A stretch of DNA of 64,000 nucleotides from the NCBI GenBank assembly GCA_002633005.1, contig NMRA01000210.1:434001-498000 (forward strand), given 5' to 3'. The notes below the pieces were generated by a model. The model did no database searches. It was not told where the DNA came from and worked only from the letters and a program-made list of their open reading frames with translations. Of the stretch, positions 12,102 to 22,843 are shown piece by piece. Source of the stretch: Phoronis australis (Eukaryota > Animalia > Phoronida). The translations under genes and the position numbers were made by a program. Position 1 is the stretch's first letter. Every line of letters starts with the position of its first letter.

Positions 12102-12571
12102 CGAACAGTGAAGGCGAAATGCCGCGTTAAGTATTTCTCGCGGCCAAAAAATCGATGGTCCAGATTAACTGTGTGAAACAAATGTCCAAGCCATAACAAT
12201 AACTATTATAAACATCGTATAAATCACCTGTACATTCGGCAGCTGCCTACCGTCATTACTATGAGTGATTTGTTTAGTAGATTTCCACAATACTTTCTGT
12301 TTAAATGAGAATTTCTGTTCATGGCTTGAAAAATGCACTGGTTCATTGATAAGGATACGAGTTCATTGATAAGGATACGAGTTCATTGCCACACGAGTTC
12401 ATCGCCACATTTCATAAGCAAACCTTTCGTTTCCAATCATGAAGTCGCCTTCTAATAACATAAAACCTTGCTACATATCCAACACCGTGAAACCAATCTA
12501 CTTTATACGCTAATATCGAGTCTGTTCTGAAATGTGCCAAGGCCCTGTGCTGTCCTAAAACTACATTTATC

Positions 12572-12803
12572 ATCATAAAAACGGACAATCGCCGCACAAA
12601 TAAAAAACGTTGATATTGATTCGACGTTTCGTCTATTCATTAGACATCATCAGGTTATAAACAACAAGACTTCAAGTGTCGACATACCAGTCAGGTTACA
12701 TCCATGAATCTTGTTGTTTATAACACGGTGATGTCTAATGAATAGACAAAACGTCGAATGAATATGAACTTTTTCATTTGTGCGGCGATTGTACTTTTAT
12801 GAT
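12572..12803. mobile_element. Penelope-like terminal-repeat fold-back (two ~95-bp inverted arms)
   Basis: caatcgccgcacaaat...ttataaacaacaaga versus tcttgttgtttataa...atttgtgcggcgattg; the arms carry a hammerhead-type core. Confidence 0.7.
12623..12653 (-). ncRNA. minimal type I hammerhead ribozyme motif
   Basis: Minus strand CUGAUGA-U-GUCUA-augaa-UAGAC-GAAA-CG-UC: catalytic core, 5-bp helix II and palindromic ACGU helix III. Helix I pairing is poor. Confidence 0.65.
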
Positions 12804-15800
12804 CCTATTATGGCAAAAAGAAGTTATGTTATTACATTTATCATACAGCTCGGTATCTAGGTTGCCTTTTTAAAGCAGGTTATTCGTAAATGGCGTGCCT
12901 GAAAGCATAGGCCGACCACACTATTCTTGCAGTTTCCTAAACCACAAAATTAATGTACAATTCATACTGCCTTGGAAACCAAGTCATGGAAAACGATTCA
13001 TCCACGTCTCTGTAACTAACCGAAGTATATTCAGAATAGTACTGCTACTAATGGACTTTTCCTTTGCAAGCTTAGCAACTCCAGTATCTTACTTCAGTGG
13101 TCGTGTTGGAAGACTGCTCAAACTCTCCGAGGTATTTTTATCTAGGCGTATCGATCACTCTGCCATTCGTATAATAAAATTGTTCCATTTCAAAAACCCA
13201 GGGGTCCTCCAACTCGCTCAATCTAATCGTTGCTAAGCGCCGAACGAAGTCTTTCTGCTATATATTAAATAGAATTTATACACTGAAAATTCTGTGGTGC
13301 CCCCCTGACTTAATCTAATGAACCAATGAGTCGTAAAGAGATATCATAAACCTCGTTTCTAGTTCTCATTTCACCGGCTCAAAGCTGGTTGTGTTGCCTA
13401 CTCCACTGCACAACTGTAGTACCTTTTTTGAAAAATAGCAAACAGTGTGTTACAGCTATGTGGGTTGTCCAACGAGGCGAGCGATATTTGGCCCTGTTGC
13501 CCCTGGCGTGCATTCCAGGATTTTAACACGCCTAAAATTCAAAAAAAAATCAGCCTTTGTAAAATTTTGTTTTTACCAATTGTGGGCTTTTCCTTAAATT
13601 TTACCATTTCTTTTATTTTATAACCCTTGTAAACTATATGAAAATTAGACTCATCTGTTAGTCTACACGAGCTGGAAAAGTATGATCACTTAGAGACTGG
13701 TAAATGAGTTCTAGGTGTTTCGTTAATTCACACTCTTGCGCTATGAACTTTCGTCACCGACCCCTGTTGTCACCATTTGACATTCCAGAAATGAAATTTC
13801 ATTGTAACAAGAAGATGTCCGTTATCAAGGTTGATGCAACTATTGGTCTTGGTGTAATTTTTCTTCCTCAAGTAGAATGTCAGTGTTCTGCATTGGTTAC
13901 AGCCAACTGTTGATCGTTTCTAACAAAACATTGTGTCCATATGGTGCAAGGAGTTCACCTGCTTCTGTGGGTTAGCGGGGCCTGTCTTTGAGCCTGGTTG
14001 CATAGTAACTAATTTCTAAGAAAAATGATGGAGATTTCAGCACTGGTTAGTCGGTAAACTGCACAAGACTGTCGAGCAGATTGAAGATCTGTGATAGGCA
14101 AGTTGGTACCTGTAGTAAAATCTCTCATAGGCTGTAGACTTTTACATTCTGGAATTTTGGATTTATGACGTTTTTCCGCCCAGGATACACTATTATATTT
14201 CCCCTATAAAACCATCTTTCTATTTTGAACTTTACAGCACTTGTTATTTTGTCTTATTGTTTATTCACCATTGCTATGGAATGGTCTTAGCGAACCGCAC
14301 CAATATTTCAGTGCCATTGTGATCATGAAGGGTGATTGACAAATGGCCATGGCCCCCTCCCCCCCCTCAAAAAAAAAATCCGCCACTGAGATTGCGTTAC
14401 TCGTGAGTGGGATCGTGTTCCTTTCACTACTTCATTAAGTTGTTGAGGTGTTGGCGTAGCGGTATCTTTTGACCCCAGTCTTGACCTGTGGCCCGGGGTA
14501 GGTTAATGATGAAGCTATGGTTGATGATTGAATAAATCTAGGGAAATGGAACGTGGTTGGCGTAAATGATCATATGGTTGCTGAAATCCTCAGTGTCGTG
14601 GTGTTATGAATCGTCACAAACATGCCATCGATATCCAACAGCTGCAATAGTTGCTTTGGAACGCCACACTACTTGAAGAGTAGCGTTGTCAAAATTCTCA
14701 GTATGGAAGCTTGCTACAATTGAGACATGGCAGTCCATATATGTCGGCCTTTCCGAGTCACGGTTGGTGAAAGATGTTTTCGCATTGGAACTGCAGAATG
14801 GCTACCGGATAAAACCAAGGAGGTTATCTTCGTCGTACCCAAAGTGAACCAGGGACACGTTCAGGAACACTCAGAGACAGCTGGGACGAAAAATCTTAGC
14901 CTATTTTCTACCGCCACAATACTCTGTATGCAGCCGTGAATGATCGAGTGATCCTGAGCTTACGTCGTCATTATATATGTACGTCACATTTCTTTCTTGG
15001 GGCAGTGAATGAAGAGAATGTCGGTCACTGACGAAGTCCAAGGAGTGTGTGGAACTTAATTATTTGAAATTCATTTTACCAGTTTCTGAATAAGTGTTGG
15101 GTGGTTTCCCACTCTAAAAGATGGCACAATGAAGTCATTGCTCTGTCGTCAATCCATCGTGTGCGAGGTCTATTTCTGCTCTTTAACATTGGATAGAGTT
15201 GGTTTGTTTGTCTGTGTCAATAACTGAGAAGCAAAGTTAGAAGTGGTGACGGTATATTTATGCTAAACTTTCTTGAAATGCTCCAAACTACCCTAACGTA
15301 TTGCTGCACTGTTAAGCCCATGCGTGTCTGTGCGGAACTGCGTTTTTATGCGAAACTTAGGCGCATTCTCCCATATGCGAACCACTTGGGTAAAAAAGGC
15401 CGCCAAGAAAGGCATTATTTCGAATATAGGCCCATCGGGTTAAAGGCGCGGCAATACGGCAATCGTTTAGTCCTCTCATTGTTGTCTCCATACAATAGGC
15501 ACCAGATACTAAAGATTGTTCCCCGGCAACGGTAACACTTTACAGATCAATTCATTTTGCAAAAACTGTTTGGGGACTTTTTGTCCGCCAACGTGAAAAT
15601 TTGCCCTACTTTCAAATTTTCGATCTTAGGTGTTATTCGAATCTGAGAATTTTGCAAAAAAAAATGATTTCATGTGGACTTTTTGTCCGTTTGCGATAGA
15701 TTTGACCTTGATACCGTTGACGGGTTAAGCATTATTATCGTGTTTTTATCATTTTTTCTCACAATGAGATTTCGCGTAGTATTCCGTTTCACATGAGAAG

Positions 15801-18800
15801 ACGACCAATACAAGTTCACGGTCATAACCTTGGTAACGATTCAGACTCGTACCACAGTTCTCTGCTCGTGAGTTTTCTTAAATAAGCATTTGTCCAATTT
15901 AGTTGGCTAAAAACGAAAATAGGATTAGGCCATTTACTCTTGTAGAAACTGGTTTCAAAGTTTTCCTTTCTATGATACAACTTGTTTTGTTACCAGGAAG
16001 AACATAAAAACCCTTCAGCTGGTCAAGAAACGCCTCAGAAAATCGTCGATTTTATTGAGGTTGGCCAACCCTGGAATTCGAAAGCGATGCTCAGAGACGT
16101 CCAGTCATGTGACACAACAATGACCGTGAGTGCTTCGCAGATCACTTGTTGGTTTTGGCTTTTAGTCGGCTAAGACATGGAAATATGTTTAAAGTGACAG
16201 CTAGACAGAGCGAAACGATGTTTACGAAACAGAATTGTGAGAAATTAAATGTTTGGGGAGGAAATGCAATTAAAAAATTAAACCAATGGATAACAGCAGG
16301 ATAAGCCATTAAAACTTCTGACCACATAGCAACGGAAAGAAGCTGTAAACCTCCTGGACGTCGTCTCCAGGACGATGAAAGACGTTCGTCGATTACTTAA
16401 TAACTGTCCGCTTTGCCAATATACCTGGAGAAAAGTTTGCAGACTAAAGAACACATCGACTGTAAAACTATCTAACCAAAACTGTTGCAGTTCAACAGCT
16501 TCGTGATTACAAAAATTGCCACTGTCCAACGATGAGCAATAAAATACGTACTAGATGACTTTTGTGAACGAAAAAAAGGCAACAGCCACTACAGATACAA
16601 ACGCCTTCCGCCACAAAACATGGGATTAGACCACTTACCGTTATGAAATTGGTCTAAAATTGTTTCTTGAAAGATGATCTCAGGGATTCGAAAGAAGTGG
16701 CGGTTGATGATTGCTTCACAAACCAGTCTCTGGTGTGTTGTTACGACCTGTCATGATTGCTTCACAAACCAGTCTCTGATGTGTTGTTACGGCCTGTCAC
16801 TTTATGCGCCCAGCACAATCTAATCGAGGAATAGTGAATTGTGAGTGCAAAGTCAAAAATTTATTTCTGATCTTAATGAAGTACAAGTTGACACCGATTT
16901 TATTTCGGTAAGTGGACAACGTTCACTTCTTGGACGGAACGCTGGTTTGGAGCTCTTGGGAACCAGTGCTGTAATGACTTGGACTAAACAACTGCCTTTG
17001 AGAAAGTTCCAAATGAAACAAGAAAATAACTCGTGCGATAAAACTGGTATCGTGAAATTTTACTTTCTTCAAGCGTACTAACAGGTTGTATTCAAACAAA
17101 ACTCGTCTTGACTTTCAATGAGTATTTAGGACAGAAATAGCAAAATATTACTCCAGAACGTTTGTCCTCCTCTAGTAGTTTGCGTCGCTGACAAGTGTGT
17201 TTTAGAGCAAATCAACGCAAGTAATGGGTATCACACCTTCCTAAACCATTAAAACTGTGTGATCTTACACATGTGAGATACGGACACGTCTGGTACTGTG
17301 ACCGAGTGGATGACCTATGACAGAACAGATCCGTGGGTGTGGTTTCCAAATACGCACTACGCGCGTGCATACACAAAAAACTGATAGTTTAATTTTGTGA
17401 CTGTTTGGGAATTTATCTGTGGGTCTTGCTATTTGTAGAAAATTTGACCACTGTAAAATGCAACTGAGAGACGCTGACGGTGAGCGAAGGCAGCAACGAG
17501 GCTCTGAACTTTTCACTTCAAGCATTTGCCCGTGGCAAGCTGAGACTACGCGTACATGTTATAACGGAATAAAATCATCTTCGTTCAGTGTAATGTAGAT
17601 TTTTTGTTTCTAATGGAAATGTGTGCATTCGTACAACAGGCCTACGCAATATGCCACCGTTTAACCTCGCGGCGAATCCAGCTTTTTACGAAAAGGGGGA
17701 ACAATGTAAAACGGCAAGTTTCTGTCTGGAGAATTTTTCCACCAAAAAAACCGCATAAGTAGAGAAATTGTACCGTTAGCCACTGATTAGTGTAGTTATA
17801 TTAGTGAGGAAGTAACATAGATTGAAGCGTCCGTGTTTTCCGACAATGTCCGTGCCATCTATTCCTTTGCTACGACACATTAAATAACCATTTCGCCACG
17901 TCAACGGAACTTCGCCGACGTACGGTTTATGCTCATCACGGTACGTATGCGGAACGTTAAAAATATTTTGAAAAAGAAAACACACTTATGTTATTTTGAC
18001 ACATTTGTATTTACAACACTGCATGCAAACAAGACTTTATGCGCCATGCATATTCGAAAATGTGACATCAAGAGAAAGCCCGAATACTTTGTTTCCTATA
18101 TAAGGTCCTAATTAAAGCTTTACATAACCCAAATCGATGCCAGTAATTCTACTGTGGTGCATGCTGTGTTCACGATAGTCAGTCCTTACAGGCATTTTTC
18201 ACCCATTTTACTCCCCAGATATGTTAATTACGAGACGTCGGCAAGAAAGCGATCTTTTCTTTCCCATTATGCTTCCGATGAGCCCATAGGCAAAGTGCGC
18301 AGTGCAAAGTGCAAGGCGCATGATCAGCAACTAAAGGATATAGTCTGCATCCTCATCCTCCACACTCAAGAAGATTAAGATCTTTTTATACGTCTCCAGT
18401 ATCGCTGTCAAACTTTCACGTCAAATCCTAGAAACGAGGGATTGGTCAAGTCGATCGTCTTCCCAAAATTTCAGTTCCTCAGCCATTTCCGTCACCTCGG
18501 CATCAATTGTAAAGGCAGGTGGTCAATCTGCGTACAATATTTCACTAATCTGGTGAAATGAGCATTTCAGTGCTGAAGAAATGGTATAGTCACATCCCTG
18601 GTATTTTTTGTAGAACTATAGGTGCATTATCGCGGTGCATTTGTCTGGTTGGCTTTGGGGGTCTTGGGGCACCAACTGGAGGTCCAACAGCCTTTGCTGT
18701 TAAGATGGCGTCATAAAACCGCTGTTCAAGCTCGTCTTCAGTCCTCCTGCTCTCCTTTCATTCACCATTAATCATATATAACACTCAATAAGTCTCTTCA

Positions 18801-19220
18801 GGAGTTTTGGCGACTTGGGCAACACACTGCGTAAGTGCAAGTATGCGTTTGGAGCGTCGCAAGACTTGCCAACATACCTCGTAATAGTTTTTTCATACCA
18901 CCGAACTGGTAGCTTCCCATTGATCGTCATATACATCTGCGTTACCTATATGATTCAATATGCTTCGTAACATCCACATAGATGTTTTTACATACCGTAA
19001 CACGTATGACGTTCAACCCACCAGTTTTTGCACCCTCAGGTCAACAAGTTATTAATTTTCCATTTTAGCCGGGTGCATTCTCTTCAACCACATTTTCGGT
19101 GGTAGCTTTGGAGATGTGATCACGAGCTTCGCCTTGTACAAGTTGACGATTTCTCTCGAATTCTTACATGATCTTCTGTTTAGTCGAGAGATTCTCGTGT
19201 CTACGGAATCCTGGACAACT

Positions 19221-19376
19221 CATGGATGGCGCACTGCACTGAAAAAGTGGGGGAGGGCCGCATAGCCTCCAAGCCCCACCCCCCCCGTGGCGCACCACTC
19301 ATAGACCATGGGCGGCGCAGCATTGAAAAAAGTGGGGGCCTATAGCCCCCCATCCCCCTATGGTGCGCCGCCCATG
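19221..19376. mobile_element. two adjacent tiny GC-rich hAT-type MITEs
   Basis: The second copy (19307-19376) has a perfect 13-bp TIR CATGGGCGGCGCA/TGCGCCGCCCATG; the first (from 19221) is a diverged sibling. No clear TSD. Confidence 0.6.
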
Positions 19377-19679
19377 AACTAATTAGTGGAAAACTGCCGG
19401 GGTATGAAATTTACGGTCGGTGTCGTGATCACAGCTGCCGGCGGTCTTTCAAAATGGAAAATAATAATGGTAACAATAAAAATCACAATATCAATAATGA
19501 TAACAATAGCAATAAAGATGGTAATAATAATATTTTCTGTGGCTTTGTTACTTTGGCTAAAAAGGAGGGAGAGGGGTCCGTATACCCCGGCCTGGACCCC
19601 TCCGGATACGCCTATGACCCCCGTTAATCCTTCGCCTACTAAATCATTGTTAATCATTCAGTAATCGGCGAGTGTAAGA

Positions 19680-20599
19680 AGAAATAATAAACATTCGATG
19701 TATCAGAAAATCAAATTATCAATTACTACAGGCGGGAAATATTCTGAGCGCTGCCGGAGCCGGGCTGGCTGTGATCGCTCTGGACTGGCTAGAAGCGAAA
19801 ATCGAAATAACCTTTTTCCTCAATGGGGATGAAATTCTTTTTCCTTTACCAAGTTACAGCTAAAGCATACACGCCCGTACTCGAAATCGCAATTTTGGCG
19901 TTGGGGGTACTCCCCCGCGGGCCGGCCGACTGAAGCCGGAGCCAAGTCCGAAGCATATGAACTGTTAGGTCGCCGGAGTCACTGCATGGTGCGGGATGGT
20001 TTCGATGTTCTTGATGGTCACGGAAATAGGAAAGGAATATTTCCATTCATTTTATGAGAGCAAGAGGCCCAACAGTCGATTCAGTTTCCGTTTTTTTTTT
20101 CCGCGTTGCCAGATAGTTAACGTCGGGTCCCGGTCCGGCCGGTCGCCAGTCAGCTTTTTAGTTTCGGGATATATTTTTGATGAGGCACACTTGTGGAAAC
20201 CACTTTACTGTTGCATCCACTCCCATTCAGCGTAGGCCTATTGTCATTGGCAACTTCCACGAACACGAACTGTAATGTTTCTTTACCAATCGAAGAGCCA
20301 TAACCCCTCTCGGAAGTCCCGCGAAGTTGGCCAAATTGGTTGCTATGGGACTGGACGAATGAAGTTGTTTTCCTTTCCACTTGGTTTCATAACTTTAACA
20401 ATTATTAATTTTTTCGTGACTTCAGTCAGTGAAAGTATTCGTTGTCTACGTCAATAGTCGTGGTTCGTTCTGTTTCAATGTGTGACTCTCGTATAGTTTT
20501 TGAGTGGAGACCGAAGCGGCGAGTTCAGCAACAGCCAAGCAGCGGAAATTAAAAGTGTGGGTACGTTTGCGGAATGGAACAGCTTTTCCTAGAGTCAAG
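19680..20599 (+). promoter_or_regulatory. CpG-rich promoter / 5' UTR region of GRK2
   Basis: Dense CpG/GC tracts (ccgcgggccggccg, gggtcccggtccggccgg) directly upstream of the ATG. CCGGA and GGCGGGAA motifs are present, and a YY1-like CAAGATGGCGG overlaps the start codon. Confidence 0.7.
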
Positions 20600-20712
20600 A
20601 TGGCGGACTTAGAGGCAGTGTTGGCCGATGTCAGCTATTTAATGGCCATGGAGAAGAGTAAATCTACTCCAGCGGCCAGAGCTAGCAAAAAAATCATATT
20701 ACCAGATCCAAG
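20600..20712 (+). CDS. GRK2: G protein-coupled receptor kinase 2/3 (beta-ARK; Gprk1-like), coding exon 1
   Basis: [37 protein letters not shown](S), the near-invariant GRK2/3 N-terminus; 113 nt; donor AG|gttagt. Confidence 0.97.
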
Positions 20713-20893
20713 GTTAGTATTGTATCTCACATGTGTAGAGTTTGATGTACTAAAATTGGTTCCATCAGCTCTGACAAGTGACGTCCGTCAATGTTTTCAT
20801 GAGCGGAAAGTAGCAACATTGTTGTTGCTGTGTATTTTGTGTAAAGTTTTACAGACTTATGATGTTCTAAAGTGTATGTTATCTCATTTTCAG

Positions 20894-20970
20894 CGTACGG
20901 AGTGTCATGCACAAACATCTAGAAAAAATGGGTGAAGTCACCTTTGATAAGATCTTCAACCAAAAGTTAG
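20894..20970 (+). CDS. GRK2: GRK2/3 coding exon 2
   Basis: Acceptor cattttcag; (S)[25 protein letters not shown](G); 77 nt; donor G|gtaagt; phases match exons 1 and 3. Confidence 0.97.
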
Positions 20971-21245
20971 GTAAGTAAACATACCTGTCTCGGACTCTGC
21001 CTCTGACGTATTCATAGTGACATACAGACACTGCTACTACAGTTTCTGAGCTTGGTTCATACTCAACCAATGTATACTCTGGAGGCTTTTTGGTAAAGTA
21101 TGCCCCAAACTGGTCGCAAGTAGCACCTCAGCGCTCAGCCCTTGAGCATAACATTAACCATCCTAATTACAAGTGACCTGGCAAAATTCTCAGGTTGCCC
21201 AACAGGAACTTATGTCGCGGAACCTCGTTGGCAAGAGCCTAAAAT

Positions 21246-21367
21246 GGCACTAGTCGAATATAATGGACCCTGACTTAGAGAACCAGGCAATCACTATAAC
21301 TAAAGGCCGTTATTTAGTGGACGAAACTGGTTCTCTAAATCACGGTCCATTATATCCGACTAGTGCC
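21246..21367. mobile_element. Merlin-like MITE, 122 bp
   Basis: Near-complete palindrome GGCACTAGTC...GACTAGTGCC flanked by a perfect 8-bp TSD CCTAAAAT (21238-21245 and 21368-21375); GG termini. Confidence 0.85.
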
Positions 21368-22357
21368 CCTAAAATGAAGTACAAACGAGACGTGTAAAGT
21401 GAAAAACTGGCACACTCAGTGTCTGACGCACAGAGTTTTTTTATTATTTTTTAGTCAAATTAGGAATGTCCCAAGTGCTTGGCGTCTTGGCGACTACCGG
21501 TTTCCTCTTCTTCTGCGCCAATATCCCATGTGATGGCTCACATAATCATCACACATTACCTGTGCAAGACTTATAAACTTGACTTTTGAATTTTTGCCGA
21601 ACCGTCCTGACTTCCTGCAGTATTTTGAGTGCGTGTTTAGATGTGTGGACGGTAAATTCGTGGTTTGTTACAAGGTCGCCAAACAATATCTGAGGTTGCT
21701 TTAACTACTTTCAAGTCGCTAAATCGAGTCTTAACCTTTCAAGGCGATTGGAGCCTGTCGATGTCTTCAAATCCTAAATGTGAAGAGATACTCTGTGAAA
21801 GATTTTTTCCAATATGTCTCTTCAGTCATCAAGGAAAGCTTTGACAGTGCTATTTTGCGTATTTATTAGAGTAGCGATCCTGGAAGCCAAGTTTCGAGCA
21901 TGAGTGATTCTGGCTGGTCATCAGTGTAGCGTGTTAGCAATTGACTCACTCTCGAGGACTGGCTCACTCCAGAGATGGTGCACATGAGCAGTAATGCTGT
22001 CACAACCTAAATGGCTAGTTCATGGTTTTGTTGACTAATGAATTGACTTGTTTAGAAGAAACCTTCTTGAAGTATTTTGTTTGAGTTGGAAGGATTTAAA
22101 GATATCCACACATGCTGAAATTGTTTTGAGGCGACGTGACTAATGGTTTGGCGTACATGGCATTTGAGGATGTGCCACTGCCTAATTGAAACAGTGATCA
22201 GAGTAACAGCTCTATTTGAACCTCTGTCTGCTCACTTGTATGGTACTTAGGTGACGAAAATCATTGACCACTAGAAATGCTATTGCCCTGTTGCCAACAT
22301 GTAGTTCGTCTTCCATTTGATTACCTGACCAAGACTTCGCAGGTGGATAGTTAAGTT

Positions 22358-22843
22358 TCACAGGCTATTAGTTCGAACTAGAATACAGTGATCAAGAAAT
22401 ATTAGAGAGGCGCCATGAACATGCGCAGGCAATGGAACGTATGGATAGTTCTTGGGTAAGCCGGCATTTGTCATACTCACTGTGAATGACTGCTGGCCAC
22501 AGACATGGAGATGTTTCACGGCCTCATACTTGCTATTAACGGCGTACTTTTCATTCTTCACTGCCGCGAGCCACTTCCTAAGCATTCCAGACTCTCGAAG
22601 TCGAAAAAACGATACACCTTCTTTCCTCGCAGCTGCATAGTTTGGACAAGCGGGAACAATGCACCGCAACATAGCGGCATTTACTCTGAAAATGAACCAC
22701 TGACGTCGCTGCGTTGTTTCTCACTTTCCTCACAGGTTAACGTAACACCTCTCCCCAAGGTTAGGTCGACCGTATGCGAGATGATGTGGATATAGACCGA
22801 ATAAGACGGTAAAAAAGACAATTAAATCGGGTGGCGTCCTCCT
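22358..22843 (-). mobile_element. truncated Kolobok transposon with THAP-domain ORF remnant
   Basis: ORF MLRCIVPACPN...VSFFRL...RKWLAAV...HLHVCGQ is a degenerate THAP zinc finger. The terminus gggtggcgtcctcct|TTAA is homologous to 53560-53811. Confidence 0.8.

Noticed and set aside
10843-17180. Polinton AGTAGT/ACTACT termini around the decayed block
   Set aside because: The hexamers are in the wrong order to enclose an element and no long TIR extends from them.
19379-19664. Two overlapping ORFs resembling membrane proteins
   Set aside because: The hydrophobic stretch comes from a degenerate (AAT)n microsatellite and the Pro-rich tail from a GC-rich MITE end.
20504-20935. 143-aa ORF as a complete protein
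   Set aside because: Only 20600-20712 is GRK2; the rest is 5' UTR and read-through into intron 1.
21890-21926. Second hammerhead (CUGAUGA...GAAAC on the minus strand)
   Set aside because: No convincing helix II closing pair or helix III/I. Other CTGATGA hits (4852, 37623, 43616) also lack the stems.
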